This document shows, piece by piece, positions 16,793-24,605 of a stretch of 64,000 bases of DNA (positions are counted from its first letter, which is position 1; every line of letters begins with the position of its first letter). Location of the stretch: the sequence record NC_009760.1; one strand, 5' to 3'. Below the pieces are notes generated by a model. It worked only from the letters and a program-made list of their open reading frames with translations, made no database searches and had not been told where the DNA came from. The position numbers were made by a program, and so were the translations under genes.

Positions 16793-18739
16793 ATGGCGAG
16801 AAAAGTGTGGGGTCGTGGTTTTTGGTCACGTATATCTCTGATGTGGCGTGATGAAGACGACGATAAAGAACCACTAGTCCTCGAAGAATCCATGCAGTTA
16901 GGTGAAGCTCCCGGAGCGATGCCAAAAGGTGGAGGCGGCGGGGGTAGTGCAAAGCGTGACCCTAAGATGTCCCTCGTCAAAAGAATCGGTCTAGCTATCA
17001 TGGATGGTGGCGGTGGAGGTCGAGACTTTGAAGAACCCGAATTTGATTTCAATGAAATTACAAGTGCTTATAACACAGAAGGATATGTACGTCAGGCTGT
17101 CGATAAATACATCGAGATGATGTTTAAAGCAGACTGGGATTTCGTCAGTAAGAATCCAAATGCGGTTGAATATATCCGTATGCGTTTTACACTGATGGCA
17201 GAAGCAACGCAGATTCCTACGAATCAACTCTTCATCGAGATTGCGGAAGACCTTGTAAAGTATTGCAACGTCGTTATCGCAAAATCACGAGCGAAGGATG
17301 CCTTGCCGTTTCAGGGTATGAACGTAATGGGTGTAGGTGACAGTATGCCAGTTGCCGGTTACTTCCCGCTGAACTTAGCTTCCATGAAAGTGAAGCGTGA
17401 TAAGTTCGGTATGATTAAGGGTTGGCAACAAGAGCAAGAGGGTCAAGACAAACCGCAGAAATTCAAACCTGAGGATATTGTACATATTTACTACAAACGA
17501 GAAAAAGGTCGTGCTTTTGGTACACCGTGGTTACTACCTGCACTAGATGATATTCGTGCTTTACGTCAAGTAGAGGAGAATGTCTTACGTCTAGTCTACC
17601 GAAACTTACATCCATTATGGCATGTAAAGGTCGGACTCGAACAAGAGGGCTTCGGCGCAGAAGAGGGCGAAGTAGATTTAGTTCGTGGTGAGGTAGAGAA
17701 CATGGATGTTGAAGGTGGGATGGTAACGACGGAGCGTGTAAACATTTCGTCTATTGCATCTAATCAAATCATCGACGCTAAAGAATACCTGAAACATTTC
17801 GAACAACGTGCCTTTACGGTACTAGGCGTGTCCGAACTGATGATGGGTCGTGGTGGTACTGCTTCCCGTTCAACAGGCGATAACTTATCTAGTGATTTCA
17901 AAGATAGAATCAAAGCCCTGCAAAAAGTTATGGCGACATTCATCAATGAGTTCATGGTAAAAGAAATCTTGATGGAAGGCGGGTTCGATCCCGTACTAAA
18001 CCCTGACGACAAAGTAGAGTTTCGATTCAATGAAATCGACATGGATTCCAAGATTAAACTTGAGAATCAGGCAGTGTTCTTGTATGAACATAATGCTATC
18101 AGTGAAGATGAGATGCGAGAACTTATCGGACGAGATCCAGTTGACGATGGCGAAGGTAGAGCGAAGATGCACTTACAAATGGTTACTATCGCACAGGCTA
18201 CTGCACTGGCGGCTCTTGCTCCAACACCAGCAGGTGGTTCATCTGCATCGGCGTCAGGAGACAAGAAGAAGAAAGCAACCGACAACAAAACCAAGCCGAC
18301 AAACCAACACGGTACAAAGACATCTCCTAAGAAACAAACCAATGGTCGTCATGTACGATACATGCAGGAGATGCTCTTAGAATATACAACGCTGAATGAA
18401 GCAATCAAGGCGCTGATTGAACGCTACTACCAATACGGTTCTAAGGAACACTTAAAATCTATCAACGGTTCTCTTATGTATACAGAGGGACGCTTGTTAG
18501 AACTTACGACTCAATACTGGGGCGAAGAGGTAACCGAAAAGGTTCGTATTCCATTCCATCGTATGACAGAAAATCTTCGTGAAGAAGTCATGTCAACGAT
18601 TGATAAAGTGGAGGGTGTAGCAGAAGCATCTGATATTGCACAAGCAGTGTTTGATGTATTCACAGACCGTTTGGGACACATCTCAAACGAAGCATTTGCA
18701 ATTTCAGAATCACTTGCGGAGGTGAATGGCGATGGATAA
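16793..18739 (+). CDS. Portal protein, 648 aa
   Basis: EDIVHIYY...AFGTPWLLPALDDI and FTVLGVSELMMG match HK97/SPP1-type portal patterns. Lies between terminase and protease. Confidence 0.9.
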   Translation: MARKVWGRGFWSRISLMWRDEDDDKEPLVLEESMQLGEAPGAMPKGGGGGGSAKRDPKMSLVKRIGLAIMDGGGGGRDFEEPEFDFNEITSAYNTEGYVRQAVDKYIEMMFKADWDFVSKNPNAVEYIRMRFTLMAEATQIPTNQLFIEIAEDLVKYCNVVIAKSRAKDALPFQGMNVMGVGDSMPVAGYFPLNLASMKVKRDKFGMIKGWQQEQEGQDKPQKFKPEDIVHIYYKREKGRAFGTPWLLPALDDIRALRQVEENVLRLVYRNLHPLWHVKVGLEQEGFGAEEGEVDLVRGEVENMDVEGGMVTTERVNISSIASNQIIDAKEYLKHFEQRAFTVLGVSELMMGRGGTASRSTGDNLSSDFKDRIKALQKVMATFINEFMVKEILMEGGFDPVLNPDDKVEFRFNEIDMDSKIKLENQAVFLYEHNAISEDEMRELIGRDPVDDGEGRAKMHLQMVTIAQATALAALAPTPAGGSSASASGDKKKKATDNKTKPTNQHGTKTSPKKQTNGRHVRYMQEMLLEYTTLNEAIKALIERYYQYGSKEHLKSINGSLMYTEGRLLELTTQYWGEEVTEKVRIPFHRMTENLREEVMSTIDKVEGVAEASDIAQAVFDVFTDRLGHISNEAFAISESLAEVNGDG

Positions 18740-20195
18740 AAATAATTTAACACTAGAAGAACAGTTTAAACATGGTATGATAGAACCGGGGCAACCAATT
18801 AAGTTCAATCAGACAATTGAATTACAATTCCAAGATGGACAGATTGCTGACCTAAAAGAATCATATCAACAAATCAATCTTACAGAATCGTCTACAGGGA
18901 AGAAGAACGAAAAGAAACATTTGATTGTAACAGTAGAGGGTATCCATACTGGTATGACGAAGAACATGACGTTCTATCCCGGCAGTGCATTAGAGGAAAG
19001 CGTACCGACTTGGACGGCTCCTCATTACAAACCTGTACTGAAAAATCACAACGTTTCTACTGAGCCTTTAGGAAGAATTATCGGCGCAGAGTATGTTGAG
19101 TCTACCCTTACGGACAAATATACGGTAAGATTGAAATTAAGAGTAACTGATCCGGATGCAATTGAGAAATTGATGGATGGTCGTTACCTTACATTATCTG
19201 TTGGTGGCTCTGCAAAACGAGTGAACTGTAGTATCTGTGGTAAAGACCTGATTCAAGAAGGTTGGTGCGGTCATGCTCGTGGTCGTACGTACGAAGGAAA
19301 ACAAGCACACTGGACAATAGGTAACTATACTGGTGATGAGATTTCATTCGTAAATATGCCAGCAGATGTATACTCACAAGTTATCGCTGTAGAGATGGTA
19401 ACAGGCGAAGGAGGGAAGAACATGGATGGGAAGAATACGGAAGGCACTCAAACGGGCGCTGAACAAACACCTGAAAACCAAACTCCCGCATCGCAAACCG
19501 AAGGAAGTATTATCGACAACTTACTAGGTGGCGAAGGAGAAGGTGCAACTCAAACTCAAGAAGGTGACAATCCTGAGAGTGGCGAAGCTGGAACACAAGT
19601 TCAAGAAGGCGCAGGTGCTACTGATCCTGAACCGGAAACTGGTGGACAAGCAGAAGAAACACTTGAAGAGAAAGTTGCTCGATTAGAGGGCGAACTTACA
19701 GAAGCAAACGAACAAGTAACTGCAATCACAAAAGAACGTGATAACGCACTTGCGGAAAATGCTACTCTTACTGCACAACTAAGTGAGAAGGATGCACACA
19801 TCAAATCAGCAGAGTCAGAGCGTGATAGTTTCAAAGAGCAAGCTATTACTCTTGCGAAATACTCTCGTAAACACTTAGCTGAACGTGTGGCTGATCTTCG
19901 CATCTTCAAAGGCAAAGAGCAAGCGGAAAACCGCGAATCACTTGTTGCCGAGTGGTCAACATCTAGTACGAAAGTGTTAGAATCTCAAATCACTGACTTA
20001 CTAGCGGCTCCTCGTCAAATCGCTACCGTTCCAAATCCGGGTCTTGCTGTTACAGATAACAACAGCATCTTGGTTGATGATAATGGTAACGAAGTACATA
20101 CAGAAGAGTCTACACCGGCTGCTAACAAACCTAAGATTAAAACATTAGGTGACTTAACAGAAGGTATGACGAAATTCATGACTCGCAAAATTTAA
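18732..20195 (+). CDS. Prohead protease with C-terminal scaffold domain
   Basis: HK97/herpes-type protease motifs VLKNHN, LSVGG and EISFVNMPAD, then an acidic linker and coiled coil. GGAGGTG RBS fits ATG 18732. Confidence 0.85.
   Translation: MDKNNLTLEEQFKHGMIEPGQPIKFNQTIELQFQDGQIADLKESYQQINLTESSTGKKNEKKHLIVTVEGIHTGMTKNMTFYPGSALEESVPTWTAPHYKPVLKNHNVSTEPLGRIIGAEYVESTLTDKYTVRLKLRVTDPDAIEKLMDGRYLTLSVGGSAKRVNCSICGKDLIQEGWCGHARGRTYEGKQAHWTIGNYTGDEISFVNMPADVYSQVIAVEMVTGEGGKNMDGKNTEGTQTGAEQTPENQTPASQTEGSIIDNLLGGEGEGATQTQEGDNPESGEAGTQVQEGAGATDPEPETGGQAEETLEEKVARLEGELTEANEQVTAITKERDNALAENATLTAQLSEKDAHIKSAESERDSFKEQAITLAKYSRKHLAERVADLRIFKGKEQAENRESLVAEWSTSSTKVLESQITDLLAAPRQIATVPNPGLAVTDNNSILVDDNGNEVHTEESTPAANKPKIKTLGDLTEGMTKFMTRKI
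19422..20195 (+). CDS. Putative nested in-frame scaffolding protein, 257 aa
   Basis: Internal AAGGAGGG (19408-19415) sits before an in-frame ATG exactly at the end of the protease domain. Confidence 0.6.
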   Translation: MDGKNTEGTQTGAEQTPENQTPASQTEGSIIDNLLGGEGEGATQTQEGDNPESGEAGTQVQEGAGATDPEPETGGQAEETLEEKVARLEGELTEANEQVTAITKERDNALAENATLTAQLSEKDAHIKSAESERDSFKEQAITLAKYSRKHLAERVADLRIFKGKEQAENRESLVAEWSTSSTKVLESQITDLLAAPRQIATVPNPGLAVTDNNSILVDDNGNEVHTEESTPAANKPKIKTLGDLTEGMTKFMTRKI

Positions 20196-20214
20196 TTACT
20201 AGGAGGCAATACCG

Positions 20215-21309
20215 ATGGCTATTTTTGAAGCAGATGCACGTCGTAAGCCGGGTACACGTTCTAATACGAAACTTGTAGTATCTGGCGGTTCTTCACCAGC
20301 AGGACAATGGGTCACTGACCCTAACTTACCAATGTTATTCCACTATGATTATGGTGGGCCGGGACAAAAAGAAGTAGTAGTATCAAAAGGTTTACTAGTA
20401 GGGGTTGCTCCTCAACGTTACCTAGACGATGCACTAGGATATAAAAAGAATGCTTTAACAATTGCGACTGACAAGATTCGTCCAATTGGTATGGCTCCTT
20501 ATAACTTTACAAAACACACTCGTGACTTCTTAGATGGTAACCAACCTTCTATCATCACTCGTGAATATGTAGAGTTACCATTGATCCGTAACGCAGATGA
20601 CGCTGCCGAAGTTAAATGGGGCGCTGCTTACAATACAGCAGGTGCAGAATTACAACCAAATGATTTAGTTACTTGGAGCCGTGATACTCACAACTTCGGT
20701 AAAGTAATCAAGTGGGATGAAACAAAACACTCTGTTGCTGACATCATCGGACAAGTTGGGGAAGTCGAAGACGACCAAGAACCGTTCGGTTGGTTAAAGT
20801 GGGCAATGTGGGATGAGGCTGCTCGTCGTCAAGACGAAGGGCCGGGTAACAAATCAGGATACAACGCACCGGGCGATGAGGGTTACCCTTACGATCCTGA
20901 GTATGTTCGTCTTGGTAAAAACGGTGAGAATGGTTACTTAGATCAATACACTACATTAAACGATGCACAAGGTATTCCGGGATTACTTGATGGTCGTAAC
21001 AAAGCGTTAACACCACAAACCCGTGACTTCACTGTTGGAACTATTCCAGCAGACGGTACGATTGCACAATTCAACTTAGGATTGAAAAACGTAATCGAAG
21101 GTACGGTTAAAGTGTTCGTTGATAACATTGAAGTACCTCGTGACCGTTACACAGTTGACTACGGTCGTGGCGCATTAAACTTCATCGGTAACGTAGCTGA
21201 TAGCGGCAAGCCAATGAAAGTAGACTTCCGTGCAGAGTTCTTCGGTACTCCTGCTGGATGGGATCACAAAGGTGCTGTAGCAGCAATTCGTATCTTACTG
21301 AAAATGTAG
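20215..21309 (+). CDS. Head decoration or auxiliary capsid protein, 364 aa
   Basis: Classic position between scaffold and major capsid, beta-rich sequence. AGGAGG RBS. Confidence 0.65.
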   Translation: MAIFEADARRKPGTRSNTKLVVSGGSSPAGQWVTDPNLPMLFHYDYGGPGQKEVVVSKGLLVGVAPQRYLDDALGYKKNALTIATDKIRPIGMAPYNFTKHTRDFLDGNQPSIITREYVELPLIRNADDAAEVKWGAAYNTAGAELQPNDLVTWSRDTHNFGKVIKWDETKHSVADIIGQVGEVEDDQEPFGWLKWAMWDEAARRQDEGPGNKSGYNAPGDEGYPYDPEYVRLGKNGENGYLDQYTTLNDAQGIPGLLDGRNKALTPQTRDFTVGTIPADGTIAQFNLGLKNVIEGTVKVFVDNIEVPRDRYTVDYGRGALNFIGNVADSGKPMKVDFRAEFFGTPAGWDHKGAVAAIRILLKM

Positions 21310-21313
21310 TTCG

Positions 21314-21364
21314 GAGGGAGTTCGCTCCCTCTCAATTCTGACAATGACAATAGGGTAACCTATT
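21314..21364 (+). promoter_or_regulatory. Two tetraloop hairpins before the capsid RBS (mRNA stability or processing)
   Basis: GAGGGAG-TTCG-CTCCCTC and AATAGG-GTAA-CCTATT, directly before AAGGAGG. Confidence 0.55.
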
Positions 21365-21380
21365 AAGGAGGATATACATA

Positions 21381-22562
21381 ATGGAGAACTGGTTAAAGCA
21401 ACTTAAAGAGTCAGGCTTTACAGAAACACAAGTACAAGAGCAAAAGAGTTTACGTACACGCATGGAGCGTGGCGAAACATTAGCGGAAGCTGATGCAAAC
21501 AAGTTAGCTCTTAACGAGGAAGAGACACAAATCTTAGAATCATTCGCTAAAATGATGGAAGGCGAAACGCCAACGAACGAAGTAAACTTACGTGAGTTCA
21601 TGGCTACTCCATCAGCACAAATTTTAATTCCTCGTGTAATCGTAGGAACTATGCGTGAAGCTGCTGAACCATTATACATTGGTACAAAAATGCTTCAAAA
21701 GATTCGACTTAAATCAGGTCAATCAATGATCTTCCCTAGTATCGGAATCATGCGTGCTTACGATGTAGCCGAAGGTCAAGAGATTCCAGAAGACAGCATC
21801 GACTGGCAAACTCACGAGTCTCCTGAGATTCGTGTAGGAAAATCAGGTATTCGTCTTCGCTTCACTGATGAAATGATCTCTGACTCTCAATGGGACTTAA
21901 TGAGCATGATGATTAAACAAGCAGGTCGTGCAATGGGTCGTCACAAAGAGCAAAAAGCGTATCACCAATTCCGTTCTCACGGACACACTGTATTCGATAA
22001 CTACAGCACAAACAAACTTGCTCATACAACGGGTCTTGATAAGAACGGTGTACAAAACGATACATTCTCTGCGGAAGACTTCTTAGACTTAATCATCGCA
22101 GTAATGGCAAACGAGTACACTCCATCTGACTTAATGATGCACCCGTTAGCATGGACAGTATTCGCTAAGAACGAATTAATGGGTAGCCTACAAGCTAATC
22201 CTTACGGCAACTACCCAGCGAAAGGCGCTCCAAGTTCAATGGCGTTAGGCCCTGATTCAATTCAAGGTCGTCTACCATTCAACTTCAACGTGAACCTTTC
22301 ACCATTCATTCCATTAGACAAGAAGTCTCGTCGCTTCGATGTATATGCTGTTGACCGTAACAACGTCGGCGTATTACTGGTACGTGATGACCTTAAAACT
22401 GACCAATGGGATGAGAAAGCTCGTGGCTTACAGAACATCAAGATGATCGAACGCTACGGCATCGGTATCCTAAACGAAGGTAAAGCAATCGCTGTTGCGA
22501 AGAATATCTCAATGGATAAATCTTACGCAGAGCCAATGTTAATTAAAAACGTAGGTAACTAA
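21381..22562 (+). CDS. Major capsid protein (HK97 fold), 393 aa
   Basis: ILIPRVI, AYDVAEGQEIPE, KSGIRLRFTDEMISDSQWDL and ERYGIGIL are HK97-like capsid patterns. Strong RBS and downstream terminator. Confidence 0.92.
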   Translation: MENWLKQLKESGFTETQVQEQKSLRTRMERGETLAEADANKLALNEEETQILESFAKMMEGETPTNEVNLREFMATPSAQILIPRVIVGTMREAAEPLYIGTKMLQKIRLKSGQSMIFPSIGIMRAYDVAEGQEIPEDSIDWQTHESPEIRVGKSGIRLRFTDEMISDSQWDLMSMMIKQAGRAMGRHKEQKAYHQFRSHGHTVFDNYSTNKLAHTTGLDKNGVQNDTFSAEDFLDLIIAVMANEYTPSDLMMHPLAWTVFAKNELMGSLQANPYGNYPAKGAPSSMALGPDSIQGRLPFNFNVNLSPFIPLDKKSRRFDVYAVDRNNVGVLLVRDDLKTDQWDEKARGLQNIKMIERYGIGILNEGKAIAVAKNISMDKSYAEPMLIKNVGN

Positions 22563-22574
22563 TACACCTAATTG

Positions 22575-22606
22575 CTAGGGTGCTAGGCTTCTAGCACCCT
22601 AGTTTT
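22575..22606 (+). terminator. Intrinsic terminator after major capsid gene
   Basis: Perfect 12-bp stem CTAGGGTGCTAG-GCTT-CTAGCACCCTAG followed by TTTT. Confidence 0.85.
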
Positions 22607-22633
22607 ATATCTAAATGAGGAGAGTGCTGAACA

Positions 22634-23140
22634 ATGGCAGAAGTACAAAACGTAGAACAAAAGGACATTCTATTTGCATTAGGTCGTGGGTATAATGGTT
22701 TCTATTGCCCTGAGTCTGGATTCCATCTTATCGGTGTAGTTCGACCTCAAGGTTTCTGGCCGAAAGGTTTCCCATTAACAGATGATGCAAAACGTGCGCT
22801 TGCTGGCGGTACGATTGTTGATGTAAACAAAGTATTAACGGAAGAAGATATGAAGTTTCGTATCCACGGATCGACTCCAACTTCATCCGCTGATCGCAAG
22901 AAGATTCAACAAATCCAAGCCGAAGAAGTAATCGCTGAACAAGGTGAAGAACCTGTTGCTGTAGATAAAGAGAAGAATGTTTTATCTGAGCCAGACATCG
23001 ACACTGCTACAAAGAAAGAGTTAGATGCATTCATGAAAGAGAACGAAATTACTCTTGAAGGTGTAAACTCTCGTACAAAATTAGAAGACTTACAAGAAGC
23101 TCTTAAAGTACACTTCGGTTACAAAGAAGCTGCTAAGTAA
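22634..23140 (+). CDS. Head-associated protein with C-terminal helix-extension-helix (HeH/SAP-like) motif, 168 aa
   Basis: TATKKELDAFMKENEITLEGVNSRTKLEDLQEAL fits the (T)xxEL...GI....K.dL pattern. Confidence 0.55.
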   Translation: MAEVQNVEQKDILFALGRGYNGFYCPESGFHLIGVVRPQGFWPKGFPLTDDAKRALAGGTIVDVNKVLTEEDMKFRIHGSTPTSSADRKKIQQIQAEEVIAEQGEEPVAVDKEKNVLSEPDIDTATKKELDAFMKENEITLEGVNSRTKLEDLQEALKVHFGYKEAAK

Positions 23141-23160
23141 TCTATAAGGGGTGAACCTAC

Positions 23161-24156
23161 ATGGCAGGAAGACCTACCATCGTATCGCTTTCACCTACGA
23201 AATATCAAAAGTCTGTGCCGATAAGTACATCTATCCGTGCGGACTTTAGTATTGACCTCGACTCTCGCTATATCGACGGGAACGTCTTTATGACAGACGG
23301 CAAAGGTCAACGTGTTGATATTCGAACTTCATACCGTGCGAAGGCGCTGACTGTCATGCCGCTCCAACCTCTTAGTATGGGTACGACGTATCAAGTAACG
23401 TTCGTAGGTGATTCGAACTTAGATGATGATGTGAAGCAAGGACTTCGAAGTATCATCGGAGACTGCATGGGTGGGAATGAGGTATTAACCTTTACTACCG
23501 AAGTCGATGAGTCTCTTACAGTTCCCGAAGTATTGCTACCGGTACAAGGTGCAGTATTAAAAGCAAAGCCTACGTTCAAATGGAATCCAGTAAATACAGC
23601 GAAGGGGTATCATATTGAAATATCCAAAACCAATACGTTTGCCTCGCTGATCTATCCGAAAGAACAACAAGTCATTACAACGACAGAACTTGACGTCGAT
23701 GTTGTAATGGAAGATGGATTATACTACTGGCGCATCCGTTCTGTTCGTAATGATGGAGCGACGGGAGAATGGAGTAAGGCTTACCAGTTTAACATAGATA
23801 CACTCGAAGAAGGAAAGGTATCAGAAGAAGACGATGACTCTGCGACTGATGATTTCCTTGAGTATGATGAGAACGACTTTGAACTTGAGATTGTTGAACG
23901 ATTCCCAAAAGAACTAGAAGCGTTAGTTCCTACGAACATTAAATGCATGTTCTTCCGAATCATCGGCAAGTTCGATTTAAAGTTAATCACTCCTGACAGC
24001 ATTACATTAACAGGTCATCACATTTCAGGTGACTTCCAAGAAGAATCACATGGTACTGTCAAAGGCGACATTACAGTGGTTCAATCAAAAGATGGTACGT
24101 CGTATATTATTTTTACGCCGGAACCTATCCCTGATAAAGAGGCAGGTGAGGTATAA
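23161..24156 (+). CDS. Ig-like (Big_5-type) plus fibronectin type III protein, 331 aa
   Basis: PTIVSLSP...LTVMPLQPLSMGTTYQVT (Ig-like) and PTFKWNPV...GYHIEIS...YYWRIRS...GEWS (FN3). Confidence 0.75.
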   Translation: MAGRPTIVSLSPTKYQKSVPISTSIRADFSIDLDSRYIDGNVFMTDGKGQRVDIRTSYRAKALTVMPLQPLSMGTTYQVTFVGDSNLDDDVKQGLRSIIGDCMGGNEVLTFTTEVDESLTVPEVLLPVQGAVLKAKPTFKWNPVNTAKGYHIEISKTNTFASLIYPKEQQVITTTELDVDVVMEDGLYYWRIRSVRNDGATGEWSKAYQFNIDTLEEGKVSEEDDDSATDDFLEYDENDFELEIVERFPKELEALVPTNIKCMFFRIIGKFDLKLITPDSITLTGHHISGDFQEESHGTVKGDITVVQSKDGTSYIIFTPEPIPDKEAGEV

Positions 24157-24587
24157 TGGGTGTTGTACAGAACTATAACGTCGGTGGATGGATAGATGAG
24201 ATTAAGAAGATTAACTTCCCGCCTCATTTATTCCCACGTAAAATGCGCCCCTATGTGAAAGGCTTCAAGATTGAAGTCCCTGCTTTGCCCGGTATCCATT
24301 CCGTTCAGTATATGTGCGAAGAAGACATGGAGTTGATTAACATCTCTCTAGCGTGTTCCGGTTACAAGGACGGCGACTACTGGGAAGCATACACAACCGA
24401 ACCCGGCAAGAAAGAGTATTGCGCAGTGGAAACAATGCCAACACGAGAACTTGCTGAATCTATTAACATGGGTAACGTGCTTTACATCGTTCACCGATTA
24501 CCAAAAGGTAGTATGGTACGATTTGATTTTCATAACACATCGGGAACCAGTAAAACGGTTTGGCCGTCTTTACGATTCCTAAGATAA
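24156..24587 (+). CDS. Small beta-rich structural protein, 143 aa
   Basis: TAATG coupling. Structural cluster. Confidence 0.75.
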   Translation: MGVVQNYNVGGWIDEIKKINFPPHLFPRKMRPYVKGFKIEVPALPGIHSVQYMCEEDMELINISLACSGYKDGDYWEAYTTEPGKKEYCAVETMPTRELAESINMGNVLYIVHRLPKGSMVRFDFHNTSGTSKTVWPSLRFLR

Positions 24588-24605
24588 TCAAAAGGAGTGA
24601 AATAC

